From an archaeon (GTDB lineage: Archaea > Nanobdellota > Nanobdellia > Pacearchaeales > GW2011-AR1), in NCBI GenBank assembly GCA_043810775.1, contig JBDRNU010000015.1:1-64000 (forward strand): a stretch of DNA of 64,000 bases, given 5' to 3'. The first letter of the stretch is position 1, and each line of letters begins with the position of its first letter. Of this stretch, positions 29,577 to 37,949 are shown in pieces. The notes under the pieces are model-generated. The model worked only from the letters and a program-made list of their open reading frames with translations, was not told where the DNA came from and searched no databases. A program made the translations under genes and the position numbers.

Positions 29577-31115
29577 ATGAAAATTACCCTAATATCAACA
29601 TCAACTTATCCTTCTGACCAGGGTATAAGGACAATATCATCTGTCTTAAAAAAGCAAGGATATCATGTGAAAACTGTTTTTATGACCTTAAGTGAAGATT
29701 ATAACAGAAATTATTCGCTCTCTGAATTGCAACAACTAGCTAAATTATGCACTGGAAGCAGTTTTATAGGTATCAGCTCATTTGCCTCAACATCTAAAAG
29801 AGCGGCCAAAATCATCACTTTTCTCAGAAAAAAAACAAAAATACCTTTAATTTATGGTGGAGTTCATGCAACAATTTCTCCTGAAGATTGTATAAAACAT
29901 TCAGATATTGTATGTGTTGGTGAAGGTGAACAAGCAGTAGTAGAATTTGCAAAAGCAATAGAAAAAAGCAAGAAAATTTCCCGCATAAAAAATCTATGGA
30001 TAAAGCTTCCTAGTGGTGAGATTAAGAAAAATCCAGTAAGACCTTTAATTGATAACTTAGACAGCTTACCTCTTCCAGACTATAATACTCAAGACCATTT
30101 TATTTTAAAAAGAGGAAAAATCAAAAAACTCCAGGAATCTGATTTATCTGGGCAGATTTTTTTTCTAACAGGAAGAGGATGTCCTTATGGTTGTGACTAC
30201 TGTAGTAACAGTTTTTTTAATAAATTATATGAAGGAAAAAGAAAAAAAATACTAAGATGGCACTCTCCTGAATATATTATTAATGGAATACTATCTTATA
30301 AAAAGAAATTTTCTTCTTTAAGCTATTTTGATATTCGCGATGATACTTTTTCTTTGCGTCCAATTCAAGATATTAAAAAATTCTGTGATTTATACAAAGA
30401 AAAAATTAAAATGAGATTCAAATGCCTTGCAGACCCGAAAACCATATCTGAAGAAAAAATCAAGCTACTAGTTGATGCAGGTTGCACCGATATTATCATA
30501 GGAATTCAGGGCTGCGAGCGAACTAATCTTGAGCTTTATCATAGAAACCAAAAAGATGCTTATGCTATTAATACTGGAAAAATCCTTAGTAAATATAAAT
30601 CTAGGCTCTGTGTAATGTATGATGTCATAACAAACAACCCTTACGAAAAACCAGAAGATATTACTAATTTAATAAGTTTACTTCAAAAAATATCCAAGCC
30701 TTATTATCTTTCTGTAAATAATCTTGTTTTTTTCCCAGGTTCCCAATTATATAGACAAGCAGTAGAAGATGGAACTATAAAATCAGAAAAAGATGCAGCC
30801 TATCTTTTAAACTACTGGGACAGAAGTAAACATATTCTTCTTAGGAGGAAAAACATCTATCTTAACCTTATTCTTAATCTAATGCGTGGACCAGCAACTG
30901 ATTCTAGGTTTGGATTAATGCCTAATTTTATTTTAAATTATCTACTTGAAGAAAAAAGAATTAAAAGAAACTTAAAAAATCCCCTATTATCTTATCTAGT
31001 TTTATATTTAGTTTCCTTTTCTGATTTAATAAGGGAAAAAATACTCAAACCAACTTACAGAAGCCTGCCAGTATCTTTTAAAGTATGGTATGATAAAGTC
31101 AGATACAGAGCCTAG
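29577..31115 (+). CDS. B12-binding domain radical SAM protein
   Basis: IGISS, YGGVHAT, VGEGE, GRGCPYGCDYC, RDDTF, GIQG. Confidence 0.9.
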   Translation: MKITLISTSTYPSDQGIRTISSVLKKQGYHVKTVFMTLSEDYNRNYSLSELQQLAKLCTGSSFIGISSFASTSKRAAKIITFLRKKTKIPLIYGGVHATISPEDCIKHSDIVCVGEGEQAVVEFAKAIEKSKKISRIKNLWIKLPSGEIKKNPVRPLIDNLDSLPLPDYNTQDHFILKRGKIKKLQESDLSGQIFFLTGRGCPYGCDYCSNSFFNKLYEGKRKKILRWHSPEYIINGILSYKKKFSSLSYFDIRDDTFSLRPIQDIKKFCDLYKEKIKMRFKCLADPKTISEEKIKLLVDAGCTDIIIGIQGCERTNLELYHRNQKDAYAINTGKILSKYKSRLCVMYDVITNNPYEKPEDITNLISLLQKISKPYYLSVNNLVFFPGSQLYRQAVEDGTIKSEKDAAYLLNYWDRSKHILLRRKNIYLNLILNLMRGPATDSRFGLMPNFILNYLLEEKRIKRNLKNPLLSYLVLYLVSFSDLIREKILKPTYRSLPVSFKVWYDKVRYRA

Positions 31116-31801
31116 CTTTCATAAATACTTGGGTCTCTAACACTGGAAAACTTAAACCCTTTTTTCCTGGCAAGACAAGCCGAGCACTTACCACAATGAA
31201 TAGGAATTTTTTTATTATTAATTTTAGCAAATCCCTTTCCCAGATAACAGCTATAAGTATTTTCAAGGTGAAGTTTTAGTTTTTCTCCAAGTTCTATAAT
31301 CTCTTCTTTGTCCTTATTCAAAAAAGGAGCAATTATTTTATAATCTCCTTTTTGAATGGCTTTTTCTGCCAGTTTATTCATTCTTTTTAAAAATTCATTA
31401 GTTGTATCATTAAACTGGATATCCCCTTCATGTTTGATACCTAGGTAAATATCATATTTATCACTTTTTGATAAAAATTCAGACTCAACATGAGCCAGAG
31501 CTATGCTCAGAAATATAGTATTTCTACAAGGCACATACCACTTTATTATCTCTTCTTTCCCACTAACCTTATTTTTATTAATTAAACTTGTACTTATCTT
31601 CCCAAGCCACTTAATATCTATGACTTCCAATTCAGCTTTTATTTCCTTTGCAAGTTTCTTAACACAGAACAACTCCTCTTCAAGGCATTTTTGCCCATAA
31701 TTGAAAAATAAAATCTTGATTTTTCTAGCCTTATTTTTAATATAATGAGCAGTTACATAACTATCCAAACCACCTGAAGCTAGCAAAACAACACTATTCA
31801 T
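31112..31801 (-). CDS. queC: QueC-like (7-cyano-7-deazaguanine synthase family) PP-loop ATPase
   Basis: SGGLDS, NYGQ, YVPCRNTIFL, TYSCY...HCGKCSAC..R Zn site; the usual YPDC motif reads FNDT. Confidence 0.8.
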   Translation of the reverse strand: MNSVVLLASGGLDSYVTAHYIKNKARKIKILFFNYGQKCLEEELFCVKKLAKEIKAELEVIDIKWLGKISTSLINKNKVSGKEEIIKWYVPCRNTIFLSIALAHVESEFLSKSDKYDIYLGIKHEGDIQFNDTTNEFLKRMNKLAEKAIQKGDYKIIAPFLNKDKEEIIELGEKLKLHLENTYSCYLGKGFAKINNKKIPIHCGKCSACLARKKGFKFSSVRDPSIYES

Positions 31802-31851
31802 CTATTTTATAGTATAAAAAACTTTAAATACATTCCCAATTTCAACAAATT

Positions 31852-32055
31852 ATGGCAAGGAAACAGTTTAAAGATCTAAAACAAGGTGACAAAATAGTAT
31901 TATTTGGAGATATATTTTCAATTAAAAACATAGAGCTGTCTGAAAAAGGACTAAAACAAGGTAAAACTAAGTGTAGGGTTGTTACTGAAAATCTTGCTAG
32001 CAAAGAAGAAAAAATAATTATCAGGCTTGCAGAAGAATACGTAAATACTCCTTGA
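31852..32055 (+). CDS. 67-aa stand-alone aIF5A/EF-P N-terminal (KOW/SH3-like) domain protein
   Basis: DLKQGDKIVL...SEKGLKQGKTKCRV...YVNTP parallels aIF5A LKxGxYIII...SxPGKHGxAKARI...VxVP; ends at the domain boundary. Confidence 0.6.
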   Translation: MARKQFKDLKQGDKIVLFGDIFSIKNIELSEKGLKQGKTKCRVVTENLASKEEKIIIRLAEEYVNTP

Positions 32056-32064
32056 CACTATAAA

Positions 32065-32973
32065 ATGAATTATATAATTATTACTAGTTATGGCGAGCCA
32101 AAATCTACTGTTAAAGCAATCAAATCCATATTCAATCAAAAAATAAAGGAAAAATATAAAATCATTTTAGTTGATCCATTTCCAAAAACAGGAGATTATA
32201 TTAGAAAAGAGCTAAATTCTGAGAATATAGAATTTTTTCTTGACCCTGGAGAAGGAAAAAGCTATGCCTTAAATATTATATTTGAGCAGATTTATTCTAA
32301 GAATACAGAAGATATAATAATTCTTACAGATGGTGATATCTATATTTCAGATAATTCAGTAAATCTAATTACAGATGCATTTAAAGACAAAGAAATAGGA
32401 TGCGTAACTGGCAAACCGGTTTCTTTAAATAAAAAAAATAATAAATATGGTTATTGGAGCCACTTACTATTTGCAGGCATACACAGAGTCAGAAAAAAAC
32501 TATCTAAGCAAAAGTCTTTTTTTGAGTGCTCTGGTTATTTATTTGCAATTAGGAACGGAGTTTTGCAAGGCTTTCCTTTAGAATCTTCAGAAGATAGTAT
32601 AATTCCTTATTTATTCTGGGGGAAAAATTATAAAATTAAATATGTTCCAGAAGCAGAAGTTTATGTACTTAATCCAACTAACTGGAAAGATTGGAAAACT
32701 CAAAAAATTAGAAACATTAAAGGGCACGAAAATCTAAGCAAAATAGTTCCAGATATGCCTAGAACAAAATCTTTTTTCAAGGAAATTAAAGAAGGCACTT
32801 TTTTTGCAATATCTTATCCTAGGAAAGTAAAAGAATACTATTGGACTATCCTGCTTTTCCTATCTAGATTTTATATATATTTAGTGGCTTTTTATGATCT
32901 TAAACTAAGGAAAAAAAGCTATCAAGATGGTTGGCGCGTTGAAAAAACAAAGTCAACTAGTCCTTTAGACTAG
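32065..32973 (+). CDS. GT2 glycosyltransferase
   Basis: GKSYALN, ILTDGD (DxD), SGYLFAIR, SED catalytic motif. Confidence 0.85.
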   Translation: MNYIIITSYGEPKSTVKAIKSIFNQKIKEKYKIILVDPFPKTGDYIRKELNSENIEFFLDPGEGKSYALNIIFEQIYSKNTEDIIILTDGDIYISDNSVNLITDAFKDKEIGCVTGKPVSLNKKNNKYGYWSHLLFAGIHRVRKKLSKQKSFFECSGYLFAIRNGVLQGFPLESSEDSIIPYLFWGKNYKIKYVPEAEVYVLNPTNWKDWKTQKIRNIKGHENLSKIVPDMPRTKSFFKEIKEGTFFAISYPRKVKEYYWTILLFLSRFYIYLVAFYDLKLRKKSYQDGWRVEKTKSTSPLD

Positions 32974-33366
32974 TTTTTTAAGCTCTTTTTCTAGCTCCTT
33001 AAATGAATCAAATATTTTAACACTTCCTAGAAGCATTGCGCTTAGTTCAGGAATTGAATCTTCAGCTTTTTTGTCTGTCTTTATACCTATGATCTTCTTT
33101 CTTAGTGAATAAGCATATCCAATTTCCCAGGCTGTTCCTGCCCCAGGCCTACCATCTAGTAAAGCTAGAACAAAATTACACTCATCTAAGGCTATTACAT
33201 CTTCCTTAAAAGCCACTTCTAACTCTTCCTTAAAAGCCACAATTCCTACATCTCTATGTGGTAAGAAGGTCTCAAAACCTAATTTTTGGCATAATTTATC
33301 AATTTTTTCAAGTATAACTCTCTCTTCTTCTGAGCATATCTTTCCAGCAATATATATTTTTTTCAT
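32965..33366 (-). CDS. nucleoside 2-deoxyribosyltransferase / Rcl-MilB-like N-glycosidase family protein
   Basis: IYIAG, FLPHRD, FKEDVIALDEC, GTAWEIGYA. Confidence 0.82.
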   Translation of the reverse strand: MKKIYIAGKICSEEERVILEKIDKLCQKLGFETFLPHRDVGIVAFKEELEVAFKEDVIALDECNFVLALLDGRPGAGTAWEIGYAYSLRKKIIGIKTDKKAEDSIPELSAMLLGSVKIFDSFKELEKELKKLV

Positions 33367-33459
33367 TTAAAAGATAGAAATCCCTTATATTTTAAACTTT
33401 TCTAAACAACCAAATCTATTTTACCATAAATTTTTAAATCCCCTGTTTCTAGTAAACAC

Positions 33460-34569
33460 ATGACTAAGTGGAATCCTAAATGTAGGTTTTTTAATGAGAA
33501 ATATGCTTGTGATACTCTTAGTACTGAAGGTTACAAGTCGTGTACTGAGTGTAAATTTGTTTCACCTTATTCAAAAAAGATATTAATTATAAAATTAGGA
33601 GCTTTAGGTGATGTTCTAAGAACCACTCCTATTTTAGAGGCAATCAAGAAAAAGTATGGGGATGAAACTACTATTTACTGGCTTACTTTGGAAAACAGCA
33701 AAGAATTACTTAAAAACAACCCCTATATTAACAAAATATTAATTTATAATCCTGAAAATATCTTAAGAATACAGCAAGAAGAATTCGATATATTATATTC
33801 TTTAGAGATTACCACTCCAGCGACTATCTTGTCAAATATAGTAAATGCAAAGGAAAAGCATGGATATTATTTTAATAATGGAGCAACATCCTGCTATAAT
33901 AAAGGTGCAGAAGAGTACCTTGAAACAGCTTTTTTAACCCATATAAAGCTTTCTAATAGGAAATCCTATCAAGAACTAATATTTCAAGCTTGTGATTTAT
34001 CTTTTAATAAGGAGCAAATTATTTTTGAGCTATCTGAAAAAGAAAAAAAGTTCGCTGAGGAATTTAAGCAGAAAAATAATCTTTTAGATTCAGACAAACT
34101 TATAGGGATAAACTTTTCAGCAGGTGAAAGATGGCCTACAAAAGAGTGGTCTACTTCAAAATTAAAAGAACTAATAAAAACTCTTTCAAAAGATTATAAA
34201 ATTATTCTTTTAGGTGGCCCTGAAGAAAGAGAAAAAATACCTCAAATAATATCTGAGTTAAAAAAAGAAGGGATTTATGTACTATCAAATAATCCTGAGA
34301 ATTCTATATGGGAGTTTGCTTCAATTCTAGATTTATGTGAAAAAGTAATAGTCACTGATTCATTATCTTTACACCTTTCCCTAGCTTTGAAAAAGCCAAC
34401 GATTTCTTTATTTTTTTCAACACCTCCTTGGGAAATTGAAGATTATGGAAATTCAAAAAAAATAGTTTCTCCTTTATTAGAAAAGCATTTTTTTTCAATG
34501 AAATATTCAGATGAACTAGCAAATAGCATTTCAGTTGAAGAGGTACAGCAAAATGTCCGAAATTATTAA
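33460..34569 (+). CDS. GT9 heptosyltransferase family protein with Cys4 N-terminal extension
   Basis: ILIIKLGALGDVL, RWPTKEW, LGGPEE, VTDSLSLHLSLAL. Confidence 0.88.
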   Translation: MTKWNPKCRFFNEKYACDTLSTEGYKSCTECKFVSPYSKKILIIKLGALGDVLRTTPILEAIKKKYGDETTIYWLTLENSKELLKNNPYINKILIYNPENILRIQQEEFDILYSLEITTPATILSNIVNAKEKHGYYFNNGATSCYNKGAEEYLETAFLTHIKLSNRKSYQELIFQACDLSFNKEQIIFELSEKEKKFAEEFKQKNNLLDSDKLIGINFSAGERWPTKEWSTSKLKELIKTLSKDYKIILLGGPEEREKIPQIISELKKEGIYVLSNNPENSIWEFASILDLCEKVIVTDSLSLHLSLALKKPTISLFFSTPPWEIEDYGNSKKIVSPLLEKHFFSMKYSDELANSISVEEVQQNVRNY

Positions 34570-35125
34570 AAAGCTAATTGAAGATAGTCTCGAATCAAAA
34601 AAAGCTATTTTTAATATTATTCCTGAAATAGAAAAGTCAGCAGAATTGTTAAGACTCTCTCTAAAAGATGGAAACAAAATACTTATTTGTGGAAACGGAG
34701 GTTCAGCTTCTCAATCCCAGCATTTTGCAGCTGAACTAGTTGGTAGATTTGAAGCTGAACGAAAAGGGATAAGTTGCATTTCCCTTACTGTAGATACATC
34801 AAATATTACAGCAATAGCAAATGACTATGGTTTTGAGTTTATATTCTCAAAGCAAATAGAAGCTTTAGGCAGAGAAGGAGATGTTTTAATTGCTTTATCT
34901 ACTTCAGGAAATTCAAAAAATATAATAAAAGCAATTGAAGAGTCAAGAGCTAAAAATATGAAAATAATCAATTTAATAGGAAAGGATGGTGGAAAAATGA
35001 AAGGAATGGCTGATATTGATTTAATCGTGCCAGATAAAAATACTGCAAGAATTCAAGAAGGGCATATACTAGTGCTTCATATCTTGGCCAAGCTGGTTGA
35101 AGACGCCTTTCTTACTACTAATTGA
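34553..35125 (+). CDS. gmhA: D-sedoheptulose-7-phosphate isomerase
   Basis: CGNGGSASQSQHFAAELVGRF, TAIANDYG, STSGNS, TARIQEGH. Confidence 0.95.
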   Translation: MSEIIKKLIEDSLESKKAIFNIIPEIEKSAELLRLSLKDGNKILICGNGGSASQSQHFAAELVGRFEAERKGISCISLTVDTSNITAIANDYGFEFIFSKQIEALGREGDVLIALSTSGNSKNIIKAIEESRAKNMKIINLIGKDGGKMKGMADIDLIVPDKNTARIQEGHILVLHILAKLVEDAFLTTN

Positions 35126-35139
35126 ATATTTTAAGGAAA

Positions 35140-36033
35140 ATGATTGATTTCAAAAAAATAAAACTTATCCCTATTAGTCAAAGAAAGAACAAGTTTTCTA
35201 TAGAGGATTCTATTTCCTTGGAAAATAACATTTTTTTAGAAAATGAAGACCTAAAAGAACTTTCTGAAAAAATTATAGAAGCAAGAAGAAACAACAAACA
35301 AATTATCTTTATGTTAGGTGCTCACTCACTTAAAGTAGGGCTTTCCCTAATTTTAATCGATTTAATAAAAAAAGGGATTATTACTCATCTTGCAGTTAAT
35401 GGAGCATTTCCAATTCATGACTTTGAAATTGCTTTAATCGGGAAAACAAGTGAATCAGTGGAAAATACAATTGAAAACGGGACTTTTGGATTTGCAAAAG
35501 AAACTTTAGAATTTATTAATGAAGCAGCAAAACAAGGCGCAGAACATAATTTAGGTTATGGAGAATCAATAGCCCGAAAAATGGATAAATCAAATTTAAA
35601 ATACAAAAATTTAAGTGTTTTATACAATGCTTATAAGGACAACATTCCCCTAACAATTCATACTGCAATTGGAACAGAAATTATCTATCAATATCCTGAA
35701 TGCTCTGGGGAGGCAATTGGAAAATGCAGCTACAATGATTTTAAATTATTTACAGATTCCATTTCAAAACTTCAAGATGGCGTAATCCTAAATATAGGCT
35801 CAGCAGTAATACTTCCTGAAGTATTCTTAAAAGCGCTGTCTATTGCAAGAAATTTAGATTTTAGCGTAAAGAATTTTATAGCAGCAAATCTTGATATGAT
35901 TAACCATTACAGACCAAGAGTAAATGTAGTTGAAAGACCAACCTCTCTTGGAGGAAAGGGATTTAACATAATTGGCAAGCATCAGGAAACAATTCCAACT
36001 TTGCATAAATTAATACTAAATAAACTTAACTAA
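35140..36033 (+). CDS. uncharacterised protein, probable deoxyhypusine-synthase-like NAD-binding fold (GSU2086-like)
   Basis: MLGAHSLKVGLS, THLAVNGA..IHDFE, SVLYNAY...IPLTIH, NIGSAVILPEVFLKA; lies between gmhA and gmhB. Confidence 0.6.
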   Translation: MIDFKKIKLIPISQRKNKFSIEDSISLENNIFLENEDLKELSEKIIEARRNNKQIIFMLGAHSLKVGLSLILIDLIKKGIITHLAVNGAFPIHDFEIALIGKTSESVENTIENGTFGFAKETLEFINEAAKQGAEHNLGYGESIARKMDKSNLKYKNLSVLYNAYKDNIPLTIHTAIGTEIIYQYPECSGEAIGKCSYNDFKLFTDSISKLQDGVILNIGSAVILPEVFLKALSIARNLDFSVKNFIAANLDMINHYRPRVNVVERPTSLGGKGFNIIGKHQETIPTLHKLILNKLN

Positions 36034-36034
36034 A

Positions 36035-36565
36035 GTGAAATCTAAAGCTGTATTTTTAGATAGAGATGGGGTAATCAATGAAGATAAAGGCTATGTTCAT
36101 AAAATAGAAGATTTCAGAGTTTTTCCCGGAGTTTTTGAAGCACTAAAAAAACTTAAACAATCAGATTTTAAACTTGTCATTGTAACAAATCAGTCAGGCA
36201 TAGGTAGAGGATACTATTCAGAGCAGGATTATTTAGAACTAACAGAGCAAATAATTAAAATTTTTAAACAGCAAGATATAGAATTTGATGATATTCTTTA
36301 CTGTCCCCATAGTCCAGATGAAAACTGTGATTGCAGGAAACCCTCCCCAAAATTATTTCTTGATGCAATCAAAAAATTTAATCTAGTTCCTGATAATTGT
36401 TGGATTATAGGTGATAAATTTTCAGATGTAAAACCAGCAGAAAAAATTGGCTGTAAATCAATACTAATTAAATCTAGCTATACTGAAAAATTAACTGATA
36501 ATAATCTATTAACAGCAAAAGATTTATATGAAGCAGTAGAGATTATTTTAAGTAAAAATGATTGA
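36035..36565 (+). CDS. gmhB: D-glycero-D-manno-heptose-1,7-bisphosphate phosphatase
   Basis: FLDRDGVIN, VTNQSGIGRG, CPH....CDCRKP, IGDKFSD; GTG start. Confidence 0.93.
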   Translation: MKSKAVFLDRDGVINEDKGYVHKIEDFRVFPGVFEALKKLKQSDFKLVIVTNQSGIGRGYYSEQDYLELTEQIIKIFKQQDIEFDDILYCPHSPDENCDCRKPSPKLFLDAIKKFNLVPDNCWIIGDKFSDVKPAEKIGCKSILIKSSYTEKLTDNNLLTAKDLYEAVEIILSKND

Positions 36566-37949
36566 AAGAATAAATAAGTTTAAAGATGCAAATATTTTGG
36601 TAATTGGAGATATCATGCTTGATAAGTACTTTGAAGGAGATGTTTTAAGAATTTCTCCTGAAGCTCCAGTTCCAGTAGTCCACATTAAAGAAGAATTTCA
36701 TGAAATTGGTGGCGCAGGAAATGTAGCTTCAAATATTGCCTCTCTTGGAGGAAAAGCAACAATTTTTTCTTTTGTTGGAAATGATCCTGAAGCTGAAATT
36801 TTGAAAAGACTATTAGACCAAAAAAGCATAACTTACTTTTTTGACACAACTTCAAGCACAATTCAAAAAACAAGAGTAGTTGGAAAAGGTCAGCAGTTGG
36901 TTAGATTTGATAAAGAAGAGGCAAGTGAGAAGATGTTTAGCAATGAGATAAAAAATAAGATTATAGAAAAAGCAAATGAAGCTAATATCATTTTAATTTC
37001 AGATTATGCTAAAGGAGCAATAACTCTAGATTTAATGAATTTACTATCTAATTTTAAAAATAAGATAATTGTTGATGCAAAACCTAAAAATAAAGAACTT
37101 TTCAAAGGGGTTTTTTTAACAAAATCTAATGAAAAAGAGTCTCTTACAATGTCTTCAAAAATGAATGTGCATGAAGCCGGGCAGTTTCTTAATGATAATC
37201 TTAATTCAAATATCTTAATTACTAGGGGGGGTAAGGGTATGGTTTTATTCTCAGATAAAACAACAGAGATTCCAACTTATGCGAAGGAGGTGTATGATGT
37301 AACTGGTGCAGGAGATACTGTTATTGCAGCTCTTGCTTTAGCACTCTCTGTAGGTTCTTCTATTGAGGAGGCTGCAATTATATCAAATCATGCAGCAGGC
37401 ATTGCAGTAGGAAAAAAAGGAACATATCCTGTTAGTCTCAAAGAGCTTAAAAGTAAGTTTGAATATCAACAAATGAAAATAGTAAACTTGGATGAGTTAA
37501 AAAGGATAGTGGAAGATAATAAGAGAAAGGGCAAGAAAATAGTTTGGACAAATGGATGTTTTGACTTGATACATATTGGGCATGTGAGATATATGCAAGA
37601 TGCAAAGAAACTAGGTGACATTTTAATAGTTGGACTTAATTCAGATGCTTCTGTAAAATCTTTAAAAGGTCAATTCAGACCAATACAATCAGAACTTGAA
37701 AGAGCTGAAATTCTATCTTCACTAGAATTTGTTGATTATATAACCATCTTTCCAGAATCAAGTGTAGAAAAATACTTAATAGCTTTAAAACCTGATATAT
37801 ATGCCAAGGGCTCAGATTATAATCTTGAAATTATGAATCAAGACGAAAGAAAAGCTATTGAAAGTTATAAAGGAGAAACAAAATTTATTGCTCTAACTGA
37901 GGAGCAATCAACGTCAAAAATAATCAAAAAAATTAAAAATGGAATTTGA
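36558..37949 (+). CDS. hldE: bifunctional heptose-7-phosphate kinase / heptose-1-phosphate adenylyltransferase
   Basis: RISPEAPVPV, GGAGNVA, SDYAKG, DVTGAGDTV; C-terminal TNGCFDLIHIGH, GLNSDASV, STS. Confidence 0.95.
   Translation: MIERINKFKDANILVIGDIMLDKYFEGDVLRISPEAPVPVVHIKEEFHEIGGAGNVASNIASLGGKATIFSFVGNDPEAEILKRLLDQKSITYFFDTTSSTIQKTRVVGKGQQLVRFDKEEASEKMFSNEIKNKIIEKANEANIILISDYAKGAITLDLMNLLSNFKNKIIVDAKPKNKELFKGVFLTKSNEKESLTMSSKMNVHEAGQFLNDNLNSNILITRGGKGMVLFSDKTTEIPTYAKEVYDVTGAGDTVIAALALALSVGSSIEEAAIISNHAAGIAVGKKGTYPVSLKELKSKFEYQQMKIVNLDELKRIVEDNKRKGKKIVWTNGCFDLIHIGHVRYMQDAKKLGDILIVGLNSDASVKSLKGQFRPIQSELERAEILSSLEFVDYITIFPESSVEKYLIALKPDIYAKGSDYNLEIMNQDERKAIESYKGETKFIALTEEQSTSKIIKKIKNGI

Noticed and set aside
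31112-31801. QueC as part of a Dpd DNA-modification, Qat or CBASS defence system
   Set aside because: No dpdA/TGT, QatA/B/D or CD-NTase gene is adjacent; kept only as a hypothesis in findings
33200-33240. 17-nt direct repeat TCTTCCTTAAAAGCCAC at 24-nt spacing
   Set aside because: An in-frame micro-duplication (VAFKE x2) inside the NDT gene; only two copies, so not a CRISPR or regulatory array
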